In this document: positions 35,879 to 43,722 of the stretch, one piece after another
Layout: every line of letters begins with the position of its first letter
Position numbering within the stretch: the stretch's first letter is position 1
Translations under genes and position numbers: made by a program
The notes under the pieces: model-generated
Database searches by the model: none
What the model was told of the DNA's origin: nothing
Seen by the model: only the letters and a program-made list of their open reading frames with translations
NCBI GenBank assembly: GCA_964608665.1
Contig: CAZSQJ010000012.1
Coordinates: forward strand, 7,208-71,207
Length of the DNA: 64,000 bases
From: an uncultured Bacteroidales bacterium
GTDB taxonomy: Bacteria; Bacteroidota; Bacteroidia; Bacteroidales; CAIXZF01
Direction of reading: 5' to 3'

Positions 35879-36741
35879 TTGCTGATCAATTCCCTGGCCG
35901 CCTCGGCAGGAGATCCGGGGTCAAATGTTATCAGGCAGAGGTCCCCGCTGTCTGTGGCTCCGTTCATCGCCAGGGTTCTGCCGAACAATGCCGACCAGTT
36001 TCCCGTAAGCCTTGTGGATTCATGGATATGGCCATGGAGTGTAAGCCTGGGTTGGTTTACCTCAATAAACCGGCGGATGGCGATACTGCCTACATGAACA
36101 TCCAGGGGTACATGATCAAACTGCATCCCGTCAAGGGCTGCCCTGTCGAGGGCGCAATCATAGGGAGGGGAATGGAACAGAAACACCGAACGGTTCATGT
36201 CCAGATCCCTTGCAAGGGTTTCAAGGTCTTTCTGTATCGTGGCATATTCTATGTCAGCATCAGGTTCAACGGTTCGAAAGCCTTCAAAAGGATCTGTACA
36301 ACCCGGGTCCACGAAACGGGAGACATCATAACGCTCCCAGTCTTTCAGCTGAAAAGGGGTTGGCGGTACCATGGCATACCCTGTGAATAGATACCCGTTG
36401 ATCTCCAGGGTACGCATGTGCATGTAATGCCAAAGCCCTTTGTCCTCATTTTCCGTGAAACAGGTTTCAAGGTACCGCGGATCGTCGTTGCCAAGGATCA
36501 GCAATACCCTGGGGTAGCGTGAACCCATAATGTCACGTAGTCCGGCGAATTTCCGGGGCAGATATTCCCGGGCGAAATCTTCCGCACCGATTTTATTGTT
36601 TCCGCTCAGATGAACGTGAGGCAGCAAATCCCCGCCAAGCAGCACAATGTCGGGTTCCCTGCGCCTGATTTCCTTCAGCAGCGCTTCGTACCTGCTTTGT
36701 TTGCCATGAAGATCAGAGCTGAACAGGCAAAGGGTTTTCAT
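35875..36741 (-). CDS. Calcineurin-like metallophosphoesterase
   Basis: 288 aa. Motifs SDLHG, LLGGDLL, ILGNDD (His of GNH(D/E) replaced by Asp), FLFHSPP, LHGHIHE. 4-nt start/stop overlap with the upstream gene. Confidence 0.8.
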   Translation of the reverse strand: MKTLCLFSSDLHGKQSRYEALLKEIRRREPDIVLLGGDLLPHVHLSGNNKIGAEDFAREYLPRKFAGLRDIMGSRYPRVLLILGNDDPRYLETCFTENEDKGLWHYMHMRTLEINGYLFTGYAMVPPTPFQLKDWERYDVSRFVDPGCTDPFEGFRTVEPDADIEYATIQKDLETLARDLDMNRSVFLFHSPPYDCALDRAALDGMQFDHVPLDVHVGSIAIRRFIEVNQPRLTLHGHIHESTRLTGNWSALFGRTLAMNGATDSGDLCLITFDPGSPAEAARELISN

Positions 36742-37619
36742 TCGGGTTCAGATGTGCTTTTTTGCTCCCACAGCACTTTGGCCGGGTGCGAACGGTCACC
36801 GATCATGGAAGCATAACTCGTTTGTTCCCTGATATCCCGTTCCGTGATATAGTGAACATCCAGCAAGCCTTCGGTCCGGTAACCCGTCCGGTCAAAATTG
36901 ATCTCCGCAAGGCAAAAGCTCCATCCTTCAAGAAAAGCCCTGAGCTGACAAAACTGTTTCTCACTGGAGTGGTGCAGCACGATAAGGTCAATATCACTGG
37001 CCGGACCTGCATTTCCGTCCCGTGCACTGCCGATGAGATATATTCCCCTGACACCATATTTGTTCATATCCAGCCTTGCAACAATCAGCTCTGCCATTCT
37101 CATCCTCCATAGCGAATGTTCATCCGGACTCCCATCCAGTAAATGATCTCCGCTGTATGCCTGGAGTTCCTTTTGTTTCTGTAATATGCTGATGCTTTTT
37201 TGAAGGCGTCTTGAGAAAATATGATCCGAAAGTTTCCAGGCAATGGTGTTCAGCAGCTTTTGCTCCTCAGGAAGGAACTGGCTGTTGTTCACTTCCCTGA
37301 TCAACTGGGTATAAAATACTTCGATGCATCCAACAATCTTATTGTCTGCCACCAGTTCGGCTTTTTGTTTCCAGGATGTTTCCCTGAAACCAGGCATCAC
37401 AAAGGCTTCCCCTTCATAGATGATCCTGGGCTGGCAGACAGAGGGATATTGCCAGCCTGCCGGGATTTTGCTAATGACTTCGTATAAAACCTCCTCCAGC
37501 GGCCGGAGATCATCTTTCAGCACCTCAAAAACATTGTAAAGGCATGTCAGTTCTTTCAGTCTTTCGTTGATCCCCTGAAATACCTTTTTAATGACGTCGT
37601 TTTGATGGTCGTATTCCAT
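36738..37619 (-). CDS. Pol-beta-superfamily nucleotidyltransferase with an N-terminal sensor-like domain
   Basis: 293 aa. C-terminal GIYLIGSARDGNAGPASDIDLIVL (GS...DxD nucleotidyltransferase signature). N-terminal ~150 aa ...LEEVLYEVISKIPAGWQYPSVCQPRIIYEGEAFVMPGFRETSWKQKAELV...GCIEVFY...FLPEEQKLLNTIAWKL. Confidence 0.7.
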   Translation of the reverse strand: MEYDHQNDVIKKVFQGINERLKELTCLYNVFEVLKDDLRPLEEVLYEVISKIPAGWQYPSVCQPRIIYEGEAFVMPGFRETSWKQKAELVADNKIVGCIEVFYTQLIREVNNSQFLPEEQKLLNTIAWKLSDHIFSRRLQKSISILQKQKELQAYSGDHLLDGSPDEHSLWRMRMAELIVARLDMNKYGVRGIYLIGSARDGNAGPASDIDLIVLHHSSEKQFCQLRAFLEGWSFCLAEINFDRTGYRTEGLLDVHYITERDIREQTSYASMIGDRSHPAKVLWEQKSTSEPE

Positions 37620-37658
37620 CCCGTTAAATTATGGGTCAAATATACACTTTCTTCAGAA

Positions 37659-38510
37659 TCAATTCCCGAACAGCGCTCCCGCAAGCAATGACGCCTCTGT
37701 AAAAGCCTCACGGCCGACAGGTGCAGCAATGTTGTTTTTATCCAGAAAATCCAGCATATCCCCGGTATCCAGGTTGGATAGCAGTTCATGACCAGTCATC
37801 GGGCATCCCCCCAATCCTGCCATCACAGTGTCAAAGTTCCTGCATCCCTCATCCCACGCTGCCTTCAGGCATTCCCCGGTATTTCCCCGCCTGGTATGCA
37901 GGTGCAGACCAAAATCCATATCCGGAAATTCACGGTAAAGGGAACGAAACACGGCGGCGGTAAGGTCCGGTGTTACCGGGATGGATACATTCGAAAGCGG
38001 CAGATAGCGGATCCCTTTGTTTCTGAAATGCATTACCCACTCTATCAGGATTTCGATGCTCCAGGGATCACCGTACGGATTGCCAAATGCCATGGAAAGA
38101 TATGGAACAAACTCCCTTCCTGTTCTGATACAAACATTCATTATGTAGTCCGATGTCCGGATCAGGTCTTCCGGCGAACTTTTCTGGTTCTTTTCGGCGA
38201 AGACCTTTGAGATACTGAAGGGATATGATAAACAAGTGATTGTATCATAAGGTGTTACCAGGTCCGCTCCTCTGCTGTTAACAAGCAGCATCATCAGCCT
38301 GGTTTGGGTTTCGCTGAGATCAATCTTTTCTGCAATTAAAAGACTATCAGCCATTTGCGGAAGAAGCCGCGGGGAAACGACACTGCCTGTTTCCACCGTG
38401 TGAAAGCCGGTTTTCACCAGTGCCTGGAGATAACGCAGTTTTTCTTCGAAGGCTAAAATCCTGGGATGGGACTGAAAGGCCTCTCGCGGCAGCTCATGAA
38501 GCCGGATCAT
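37659..38510 (-). CDS. HMG-CoA-lyase-like DRE-TIM metallolyase (divergent active-site motif)
   Basis: 283 aa. FGLHLHTRRGN (HxH) and MAGLGGCPMTG (GLGGCP signature). N-terminal motif reads LPREAFQ instead of PRDG(L/F)Q. Confidence 0.7.
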   Translation of the reverse strand: MIRLHELPREAFQSHPRILAFEEKLRYLQALVKTGFHTVETGSVVSPRLLPQMADSLLIAEKIDLSETQTRLMMLLVNSRGADLVTPYDTITCLSYPFSISKVFAEKNQKSSPEDLIRTSDYIMNVCIRTGREFVPYLSMAFGNPYGDPWSIEILIEWVMHFRNKGIRYLPLSNVSIPVTPDLTAAVFRSLYREFPDMDFGLHLHTRRGNTGECLKAAWDEGCRNFDTVMAGLGGCPMTGHELLSNLDTGDMLDFLDKNNIAAPVGREAFTEASLLAGALFGN

Positions 38511-39517
38511 GCGCGTCCGGTCAGGCTTTTGGGGATACGTCCGCTTTTAATTGATTCTGAGCGGAGACGGCGACCTACGATCTTTTCAACCATCTGCCCT
38601 GTTTCCAGAACTTTGTCAATGTCAAGCTGGGTGTCGATACCCATTTCGTCCATCATTACCACCATATCCTCGGTGGAAACAAGACCGACAATATTGGGGT
38701 CTTTGTAATAATAGCTTCCTGTTCCGGCTACCGGGACACCACTGACAAAATTGGCCGGCTGTCCGCCGATCCCGCCCATGGTGGATTCATAATTGGTCAT
38801 TCCGGCCTGCAATGCCGCCAGCACATTGGCAAGTCCCCAACCCCTGGTGGTGTGGAAATGGACGATGTGTTTCTCCGGCCTGGGAATGGCATCAAGCAAT
38901 GTGGAAAAATAGCGGTAAACCCTGTCAGGCGAAGCTGAACCGTCGTGATCAGCATGCTCCACGTCATTAGCTCCCAGATCAAGCCAACGCCTGGTGAATT
39001 CAATGGCTTTTTTCATCTCGGTGGGTCCTTCGATCGGACATCCCCAGATCGTGCTGACCGTACCGTTCACCTTCAGTCCTGCATCCTGTGCAAGCGGAAT
39101 GTATTTTTCCGCCATCTTCCAGTACTCATCCAGCGATATCCCGGAGTTTTTGCGGTGATGCGACTCACTGGTCGAAACCATCAGCAGGATACGGTCAGGT
39201 CCGTAGCCTGCCTTCCTTGCTTCTATGGCCCGTTCAATCGCTTTTTCCCTGATGGTGATACAGGTCAGCGAAACCTGGCCGATCAGGTGTGCGATCTTTT
39301 TACTGCTGCGCAGCCGTTTCAGTAATTCGTCGGCATCCCTGAACTGGGGCATGCCTGACGGATTTCCGAGATTGGTGACCTCGATATGCCTGAAGCCTGC
39401 GAGTATCAATTGTTCTGCAAGCCAAAGCTTGGCATCGGTCGGAATAAAGATCTCTTCATGCTGAAACCCGTCCCTTACGGTGATGTCCCCTATGGTGACT
39501 TTTTTCGGATAGTGCAT
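38507..39517 (-). CDS. DRE-TIM metallolyase (HMGL-like / pyruvate carboxyltransferase domain) protein
   Basis: 336 aa. VTIGDITVRDGFQHEE, VHFHTTRGWGLANVLAALQAGM, ESTMGGIGGQPANF. ATGA overlap with the downstream gene at 38507-38510. Confidence 0.75.
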   Translation of the reverse strand: MHYPKKVTIGDITVRDGFQHEEIFIPTDAKLWLAEQLILAGFRHIEVTNLGNPSGMPQFRDADELLKRLRSSKKIAHLIGQVSLTCITIREKAIERAIEARKAGYGPDRILLMVSTSESHHRKNSGISLDEYWKMAEKYIPLAQDAGLKVNGTVSTIWGCPIEGPTEMKKAIEFTRRWLDLGANDVEHADHDGSASPDRVYRYFSTLLDAIPRPEKHIVHFHTTRGWGLANVLAALQAGMTNYESTMGGIGGQPANFVSGVPVAGTGSYYYKDPNIVGLVSTEDMVVMMDEMGIDTQLDIDKVLETGQMVEKIVGRRLRSESIKSGRIPKSLTGRA

Positions 39518-39817
39518 TTTTCTCTGTTTTAATTGTTGCTTAAACAGTTACAAAGCTGGTTTTGTTTAAGGTTTCCATGCCCGGAAAGGCGATGATGGCT
39601 CCCTGTTATTCAACAAAGATACTGAAATTCACATATGATCGCTTAAAGGCATTGTCGAAAAAAAGTGAAAAATAATGTGAACAATCCTTGCTAAAAGAAA
39701 ATGGCTGCCGTAATTTTGACAGTACGGGCCACCGGTGATTCCTCATGGTGCGTACCTGCCTGTAAAACAATGTGATGTATAACAGTCCATCAGGTACCTG
39801 GACATAATCCAAACTGT

Positions 39818-40480
39818 ATGAAAAGACTTTTTCTCGCTTTTTTCGCAATCGCGATGTCGGCAGGCATTTGCTACAGCCAGACAGACCAGGGTGCATTCTA
39901 TTTGGGTGGATCGTTAATGGTCTCATCCTCAGCCGTCAAGTACAAGAGTAACAGTACAACAGTCGACGGTCCGAAAACTTTTTCATTCGGGATCGATCCA
40001 AAGGTGGGATTTTTTATGGCCGACAACCTGATGATCGGTGCCGGAGTGGGGTTTAACATGTCCACGATGAAGCAGGAAGGAGTTGATCCCGGTGATCCTG
40101 ATGAAACAAAACTGACAGTCAGTGAGTTTCACATTATGCCGCTTGCCAGGTATTACATCAAACCCTGGGAGAACACCGCCTTTTTCATTCAGGGAGGCAT
40201 TCCGGTTGCCTTCGGTAAAGAAAAGGATGAAGTGACCAACGGAGGTACAACAGTGTCGGAGGAGGCAAAAATCACCGCATTCGGGGTTCATATCAACCCG
40301 GGACTGGTTTACTGGGCAACGGATGCAGTTTGCCTGGAAGTGACGGTGGGAGAACTCTCCTATATGTCGGAGACTGCTAAAACGGGCAGTGGGGATAGTG
40401 AAGTGAAAACGATCAATTCAGGTTTCGACCTGAATTTCAACCCTGCTTACTTCTCATTCGGGGTTGGTTTTCATTTCTAG
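39818..40480 (+). CDS. Outer-membrane beta-barrel (OmpW/porin-family-like) protein
   Basis: 220 aa. Signal MKRLFLAFFAIAMSAGICYSQ. Alternating amphipathic beta strands. C-terminal ...YFSFGVGFHF. Confidence 0.7.
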   Translation: MKRLFLAFFAIAMSAGICYSQTDQGAFYLGGSLMVSSSAVKYKSNSTTVDGPKTFSFGIDPKVGFFMADNLMIGAGVGFNMSTMKQEGVDPGDPDETKLTVSEFHIMPLARYYIKPWENTAFFIQGGIPVAFGKEKDEVTNGGTTVSEEAKITAFGVHINPGLVYWATDAVCLEVTVGELSYMSETAKTGSGDSEVKTINSGFDLNFNPAYFSFGVGFHF

Positions 40481-40513
40481 GTCTTTGCTGATCAAATTGA
40501 TTTAACCGTGGTG

Positions 40514-40545
40514 TTCCCGCGGAACCCTTTAACGGTCCGCGGGAA
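40514..40545 (+). terminator. Stem-loop downstream of the beta-barrel gene
   Basis: 10-bp perfect stem ttcccgcgga / tccgcgggaa with a 12-nt loop. No T-tract directly after it. Confidence 0.35.
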
Positions 40546-40556
40546 TTGCCAACGGT

Positions 40557-40586
40557 TGCAGGTGTAATGTGCCTGCAGGTTTTTAT
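40557..40586 (+). terminator. Rho-independent terminator candidate
   Basis: tgcagg-tgtaatgtg-cctgca followed by ggtttttatt. Confidence 0.45.
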
Positions 40587-40611
40587 TGTAGCTTAATCCT
40601 CTTCATCAGAT

Positions 40612-41097
40612 ATGAATGCGGAACAGATTCAGGATGATGCTTCCTTTTCCCTCGAAGCCCTGCTGAAGCGGCTGGGGAAAGATCTTCTTGTCCTCTGTGT
40701 GGAGGATAACGAAGTGCACGCGGAATTACTCCGGTATTACCTCAAGCCATATTGCACCGTTGATCATGCCGGACAGGTGGATCAGGTATTACCCATGGTC
40801 AACAACAAACAATATGACCTGATCCTGATGGATATCCATCTCGGTGAAGGTAAAAACGGCATGGATCTTTGCAGGGAGATCCGTAAAATAGAAAGATACA
40901 GATCCGTGCCCGTCACAGCCATTACCGGCTATGTATCCCCGGAAGAACAGGACCAGGTGCTTCAAGCAGGGATGAATTACTATCTGGCCAAGCCCTTTAA
41001 TAAAGAAGAATTGCTCAGTCTGCTGCGCGAAATCCTGCTCAAACACTTCTTCTCCAGCCGTGGTTCCCTTCCTACCGGATCGGTCAGTGTTCCCTGA
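40612..41097 (+). CDS. Stand-alone response-regulator receiver (CheY-like) protein
   Basis: 161 aa. VLCVEDNEVHAELL...YDLILMDIHLGEGKNGMDL...VPVTAITGY...YYLAKPF (DD...D...T...K receiver pattern). No output domain and no kinase in the neighbourhood. Confidence 0.8.
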   Translation: MNAEQIQDDASFSLEALLKRLGKDLLVLCVEDNEVHAELLRYYLKPYCTVDHAGQVDQVLPMVNNKQYDLILMDIHLGEGKNGMDLCREIRKIERYRSVPVTAITGYVSPEEQDQVLQAGMNYYLAKPFNKEELLSLLREILLKHFFSSRGSLPTGSVSVP

Positions 41098-41159
41098 AAC
41101 CTGCCCCTTATCATTCCCGGGCACCCTTATCAACCCAACCTTTTTCTTTTTATCCGTCT

Positions 41160-41191
41160 TAATAATGTGAACTTAATAAAACACATTATTA
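41160..41191 (+). promoter_or_regulatory. 10-bp inverted repeat immediately upstream of the PKD/T9SS gene
   Basis: taataatgtg (41160-41169) and cacattatta (41182-41191) are perfect reverse complements with a 12-nt spacer. The repeat ends 18 nt before the ATG at 41210. Confidence 0.3.
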
Positions 41192-41209
41192 ATTTTTAAA
41201 TTATTCATT

Positions 41210-42970
41210 ATGAAACGATTACTTATCCTGTCCGCATCGGTGCTTCTGTTTGCCGGAATAAGCTTCGGACAAATTATCCAGATTTCCGGCACCATTACGG
41301 AAATGAACACCGGCAATCCCGTACCGAACCATATGGTTCACATTATGTCCGACAGCCTCTTCGCGCCGGCATTTTTTTATTACAATACCGTATATACCGA
41401 CCCCTCCGGTTATTATGAGGACTTTGTAAGTATTCCAAACGGTTTGCAAGTCATGTTCTACATCTCGACCCAGGATTGCAACGGTAATTACCAGTGGGTT
41501 ACGGTATCAAGTATCAATGCACCCATCGTTGCCGACTTCCAGATCTGCACCGGAGGAAGCAATCCCTGCCAGGCACTTTTCTTTGCCCTGCCAGATTCGA
41601 CGATGACCAATATGACATTTCAGTTCCTTGATGCTTCCACGGGAAATCCCCTAACGTGGCTGTGGGATTTCGGAGACGGCAGCACTTCCACTTTGCAGAA
41701 TCCGGTACACACCTATACCCAGGCTGGTTATTACAATGTGTGTCTTACCATTACCGGCACCAACTGTACCAGCACATTCTGCGACACCGTGATGGCCGGT
41801 TTCCCTCCCATGCCCTGCGGTTGTGCTTTCAGCTGCAACGTCTCGGGTCTGACAGCCTCCTTTCTCAGCTATGCCTGGGGTGGAACCCCACCTTATACCT
41901 ATTCCTGGCAGTTCGGCGACGGAAATGTTTCAAGTGTCGTGAATCCTGTCAATACCTATGCTGTCGCCGGAACCTACACCGTGACACTGACTATTGCCGA
42001 TGCTTCGGGATGCACCTCCAGCTACACCGATCTTGTTAACGTAAGCAACAATGCCGGCGGGACCATCTGGGGCCATGTCATGGCCGGGAATCAGCCGCTC
42101 GATTTCGGGATCGCATACCTGTATATTGGCACAGGGGGTACAAGTGCCCTGATGATGATTGATTCAGTGATGATAGACTCATCCGGCCTCTACCACTTTT
42201 ATATGTTAAACCCCTTGCCGGGTGTCTATTATGTAAAGGTCGCCCCTGCCCCCAACTCAGCCTTCTTCACCACCCATCTCCCCACCTATTACGGCAACAC
42301 CATTTTCTGGGCATCGGCATTTCCCATTTACCTTAATCCTGCAACCAATCCATATGATATCCAGTTGATACCAATTACGGGACCGGTACAGGGGAACGGT
42401 ACCATTTTCGGACAAGTCACCAATGGTGGGGCATTTGTCATGCAGTCGGGAACTCCCGCTCCCAATGTGGAAGTGATCCTGCTCAACATGAATAATATAC
42501 CCCTGGCCCTGGATTACAGCAATAGTCAGGGGTACTTCGGATTCACCGGCCTTGGAATGGGTACCTATAAGGTGTATGCCGAGGTTGCGGGAATGACCAC
42601 CAATCCGGCCATTGTAACCCTGAGTGCTTCTAATCCGGCTTTTAACAACCTGTCTTTGATCATCACCCCTTCCGGAGTGATTACCGGAACCGAGCCCCAT
42701 GAAAACACCACACTGAGCCTTGACAGAATCTACCCGAATCCTGCAGCGAACGAACTGACACTCGACCTGAACCTTCATACCGGGCAAGGTGTCGAAACCA
42801 CAATCTTTGACCTGCCAGGCAGAAAAGTTATGCATGAAGTCCATCAGCTTGCAGCCGGTCAGCACCGTCTGGTCATTTCACTGGATGATCTGACACCCGG
42901 GCAGTACATCCTGAAAGTCAGCAATGGTGACCGATTTATTGCAGGAAAGAAAATAACTGTTGCCAGATAG
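41210..42970 (+). CDS. PKD-domain surface protein with T9SS C-terminal sorting domain
   Basis: 586 aa with a signal peptide. PKD motifs FLDASTGNPLTWLWDFGDGSTSTLQNPVHTYTQAGYYNVCLTI and YSWQFGDGNVSSVVNPVNTYAVAGTYTVTLTI. CarbopepD_reg-like segments. C-terminus LDRIYPNPAANELTLDL...IFDLPGRKV...LTPGQYILKV. Confidence 0.85.
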   Translation: MKRLLILSASVLLFAGISFGQIIQISGTITEMNTGNPVPNHMVHIMSDSLFAPAFFYYNTVYTDPSGYYEDFVSIPNGLQVMFYISTQDCNGNYQWVTVSSINAPIVADFQICTGGSNPCQALFFALPDSTMTNMTFQFLDASTGNPLTWLWDFGDGSTSTLQNPVHTYTQAGYYNVCLTITGTNCTSTFCDTVMAGFPPMPCGCAFSCNVSGLTASFLSYAWGGTPPYTYSWQFGDGNVSSVVNPVNTYAVAGTYTVTLTIADASGCTSSYTDLVNVSNNAGGTIWGHVMAGNQPLDFGIAYLYIGTGGTSALMMIDSVMIDSSGLYHFYMLNPLPGVYYVKVAPAPNSAFFTTHLPTYYGNTIFWASAFPIYLNPATNPYDIQLIPITGPVQGNGTIFGQVTNGGAFVMQSGTPAPNVEVILLNMNNIPLALDYSNSQGYFGFTGLGMGTYKVYAEVAGMTTNPAIVTLSASNPAFNNLSLIITPSGVITGTEPHENTTLSLDRIYPNPAANELTLDLNLHTGQGVETTIFDLPGRKVMHEVHQLAAGQHRLVISLDDLTPGQYILKVSNGDRFIAGKKITVAR

Positions 42971-42994
42971 CTGTTTTCGCTGAATCCTTTCACT

Positions 42995-43025
42995 GAAGCC
43001 GCCTCCAAAGGGCGGCTTCTTTTTT
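42995..43025 (+). terminator. Rho-independent terminator of the PKD/T9SS gene
   Basis: gaagccgcc-tccaaag-ggcggcttc (9-bp GC-rich stem) followed by tttttt. Confidence 0.8.
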
Positions 43026-43073
43026 GGGATGTCATCCCGTCATTGATTTAAATCAATGACGGGATGACATCCC
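43026..43073. repeat. Perfect 48-bp palindrome between convergent genes
   Basis: gggatgtcatcccgtcattgattt | aaatcaatgacgggatgacatccc are exact reverse complements. Each arm also contains the sub-palindrome gggatgNcatccc. The right end touches the stop codon of the minus-strand lipoprotein gene. Confidence 0.9.
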
Positions 43074-43711
43074 TACTCCCTCGGAAAGGCAAGAACAGCC
43101 TTCCCGTTTGTAAATGGCCAAAGATTAAACGGACTGTTCAAACCTGCCAGCATGCAAGTGAAATGCAGGTAAACCATCTGGTAAGGCTTTTCATCCTTCC
43201 ATGTGATGATTTTTGTACTGTCGATAAAGCAGGTGTAAGTCGTCAGCGAGTCCATGGTTATACTGCTGTAAGTATTGGTGCTGTCTTTCATCTCAATGGC
43301 GACAGAATTAAGGTTAAAAGGATTGACGGGGTTCACGAAGACTGAGGTAAATTCCTTCAGGCCGGGCTGAAAAGTGCTGTCAATCTGGTTGTTTATTTCG
43401 CCGAAGGTGAGAGAATGATTGTTAAAATAGAATTTCAGACTGGGTAGGGTGCCGGAAACTCCTTTTCCACTGAAGCTAAAAACAAATGCATGCGGAAAAA
43501 GCCCTGCATTCGAGTCGGCAACCCATGTACTTCCCTCAACCGAACTGCCGTCAACGGTCCAGGTATAACCTTCCCCTTTAAAAGTGCCCTGTGCCATCAG
43601 TACCGGGCTTGCTTCTGAAACCGGAGGCAATTCGTTTTTTTCACATGATGGCAGTAACATGCCTAAACACATGCAGGCTAATATAACAGATGTACCTTGA
43701 ATTGATTTCAT
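43073..43711 (-). CDS. Hypothetical lipoprotein
   Basis: ORF 43073..43861. Start moved to M51 (MKSIQGTSVILACMCLGMLLPSCEKNE, ATG at 43709-43711), giving a lipobox-like LPSC and removing the overlap with the upstream gene. No family recognised. Confidence 0.6.
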   Translation of the reverse strand: MKSIQGTSVILACMCLGMLLPSCEKNELPPVSEASPVLMAQGTFKGEGYTWTVDGSSVEGSTWVADSNAGLFPHAFVFSFSGKGVSGTLPSLKFYFNNHSLTFGEINNQIDSTFQPGLKEFTSVFVNPVNPFNLNSVAIEMKDSTNTYSSITMDSLTTYTCFIDSTKIITWKDEKPYQMVYLHFTCMLAGLNSPFNLWPFTNGKAVLAFPRE

Positions 43712-43722
43712 GCGAAACAGTA

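Noticed and set aside
39606-39926. 106-aa minus-strand ORF in the 300-nt intergenic region before the beta-barrel gene
   Set aside because: It overlaps the start of the plus-strand barrel gene and shows no motif, signal or coupling to neighbours. The region is treated as non-coding. I also saw no tRNA or riboswitch-like structure that I could defend.
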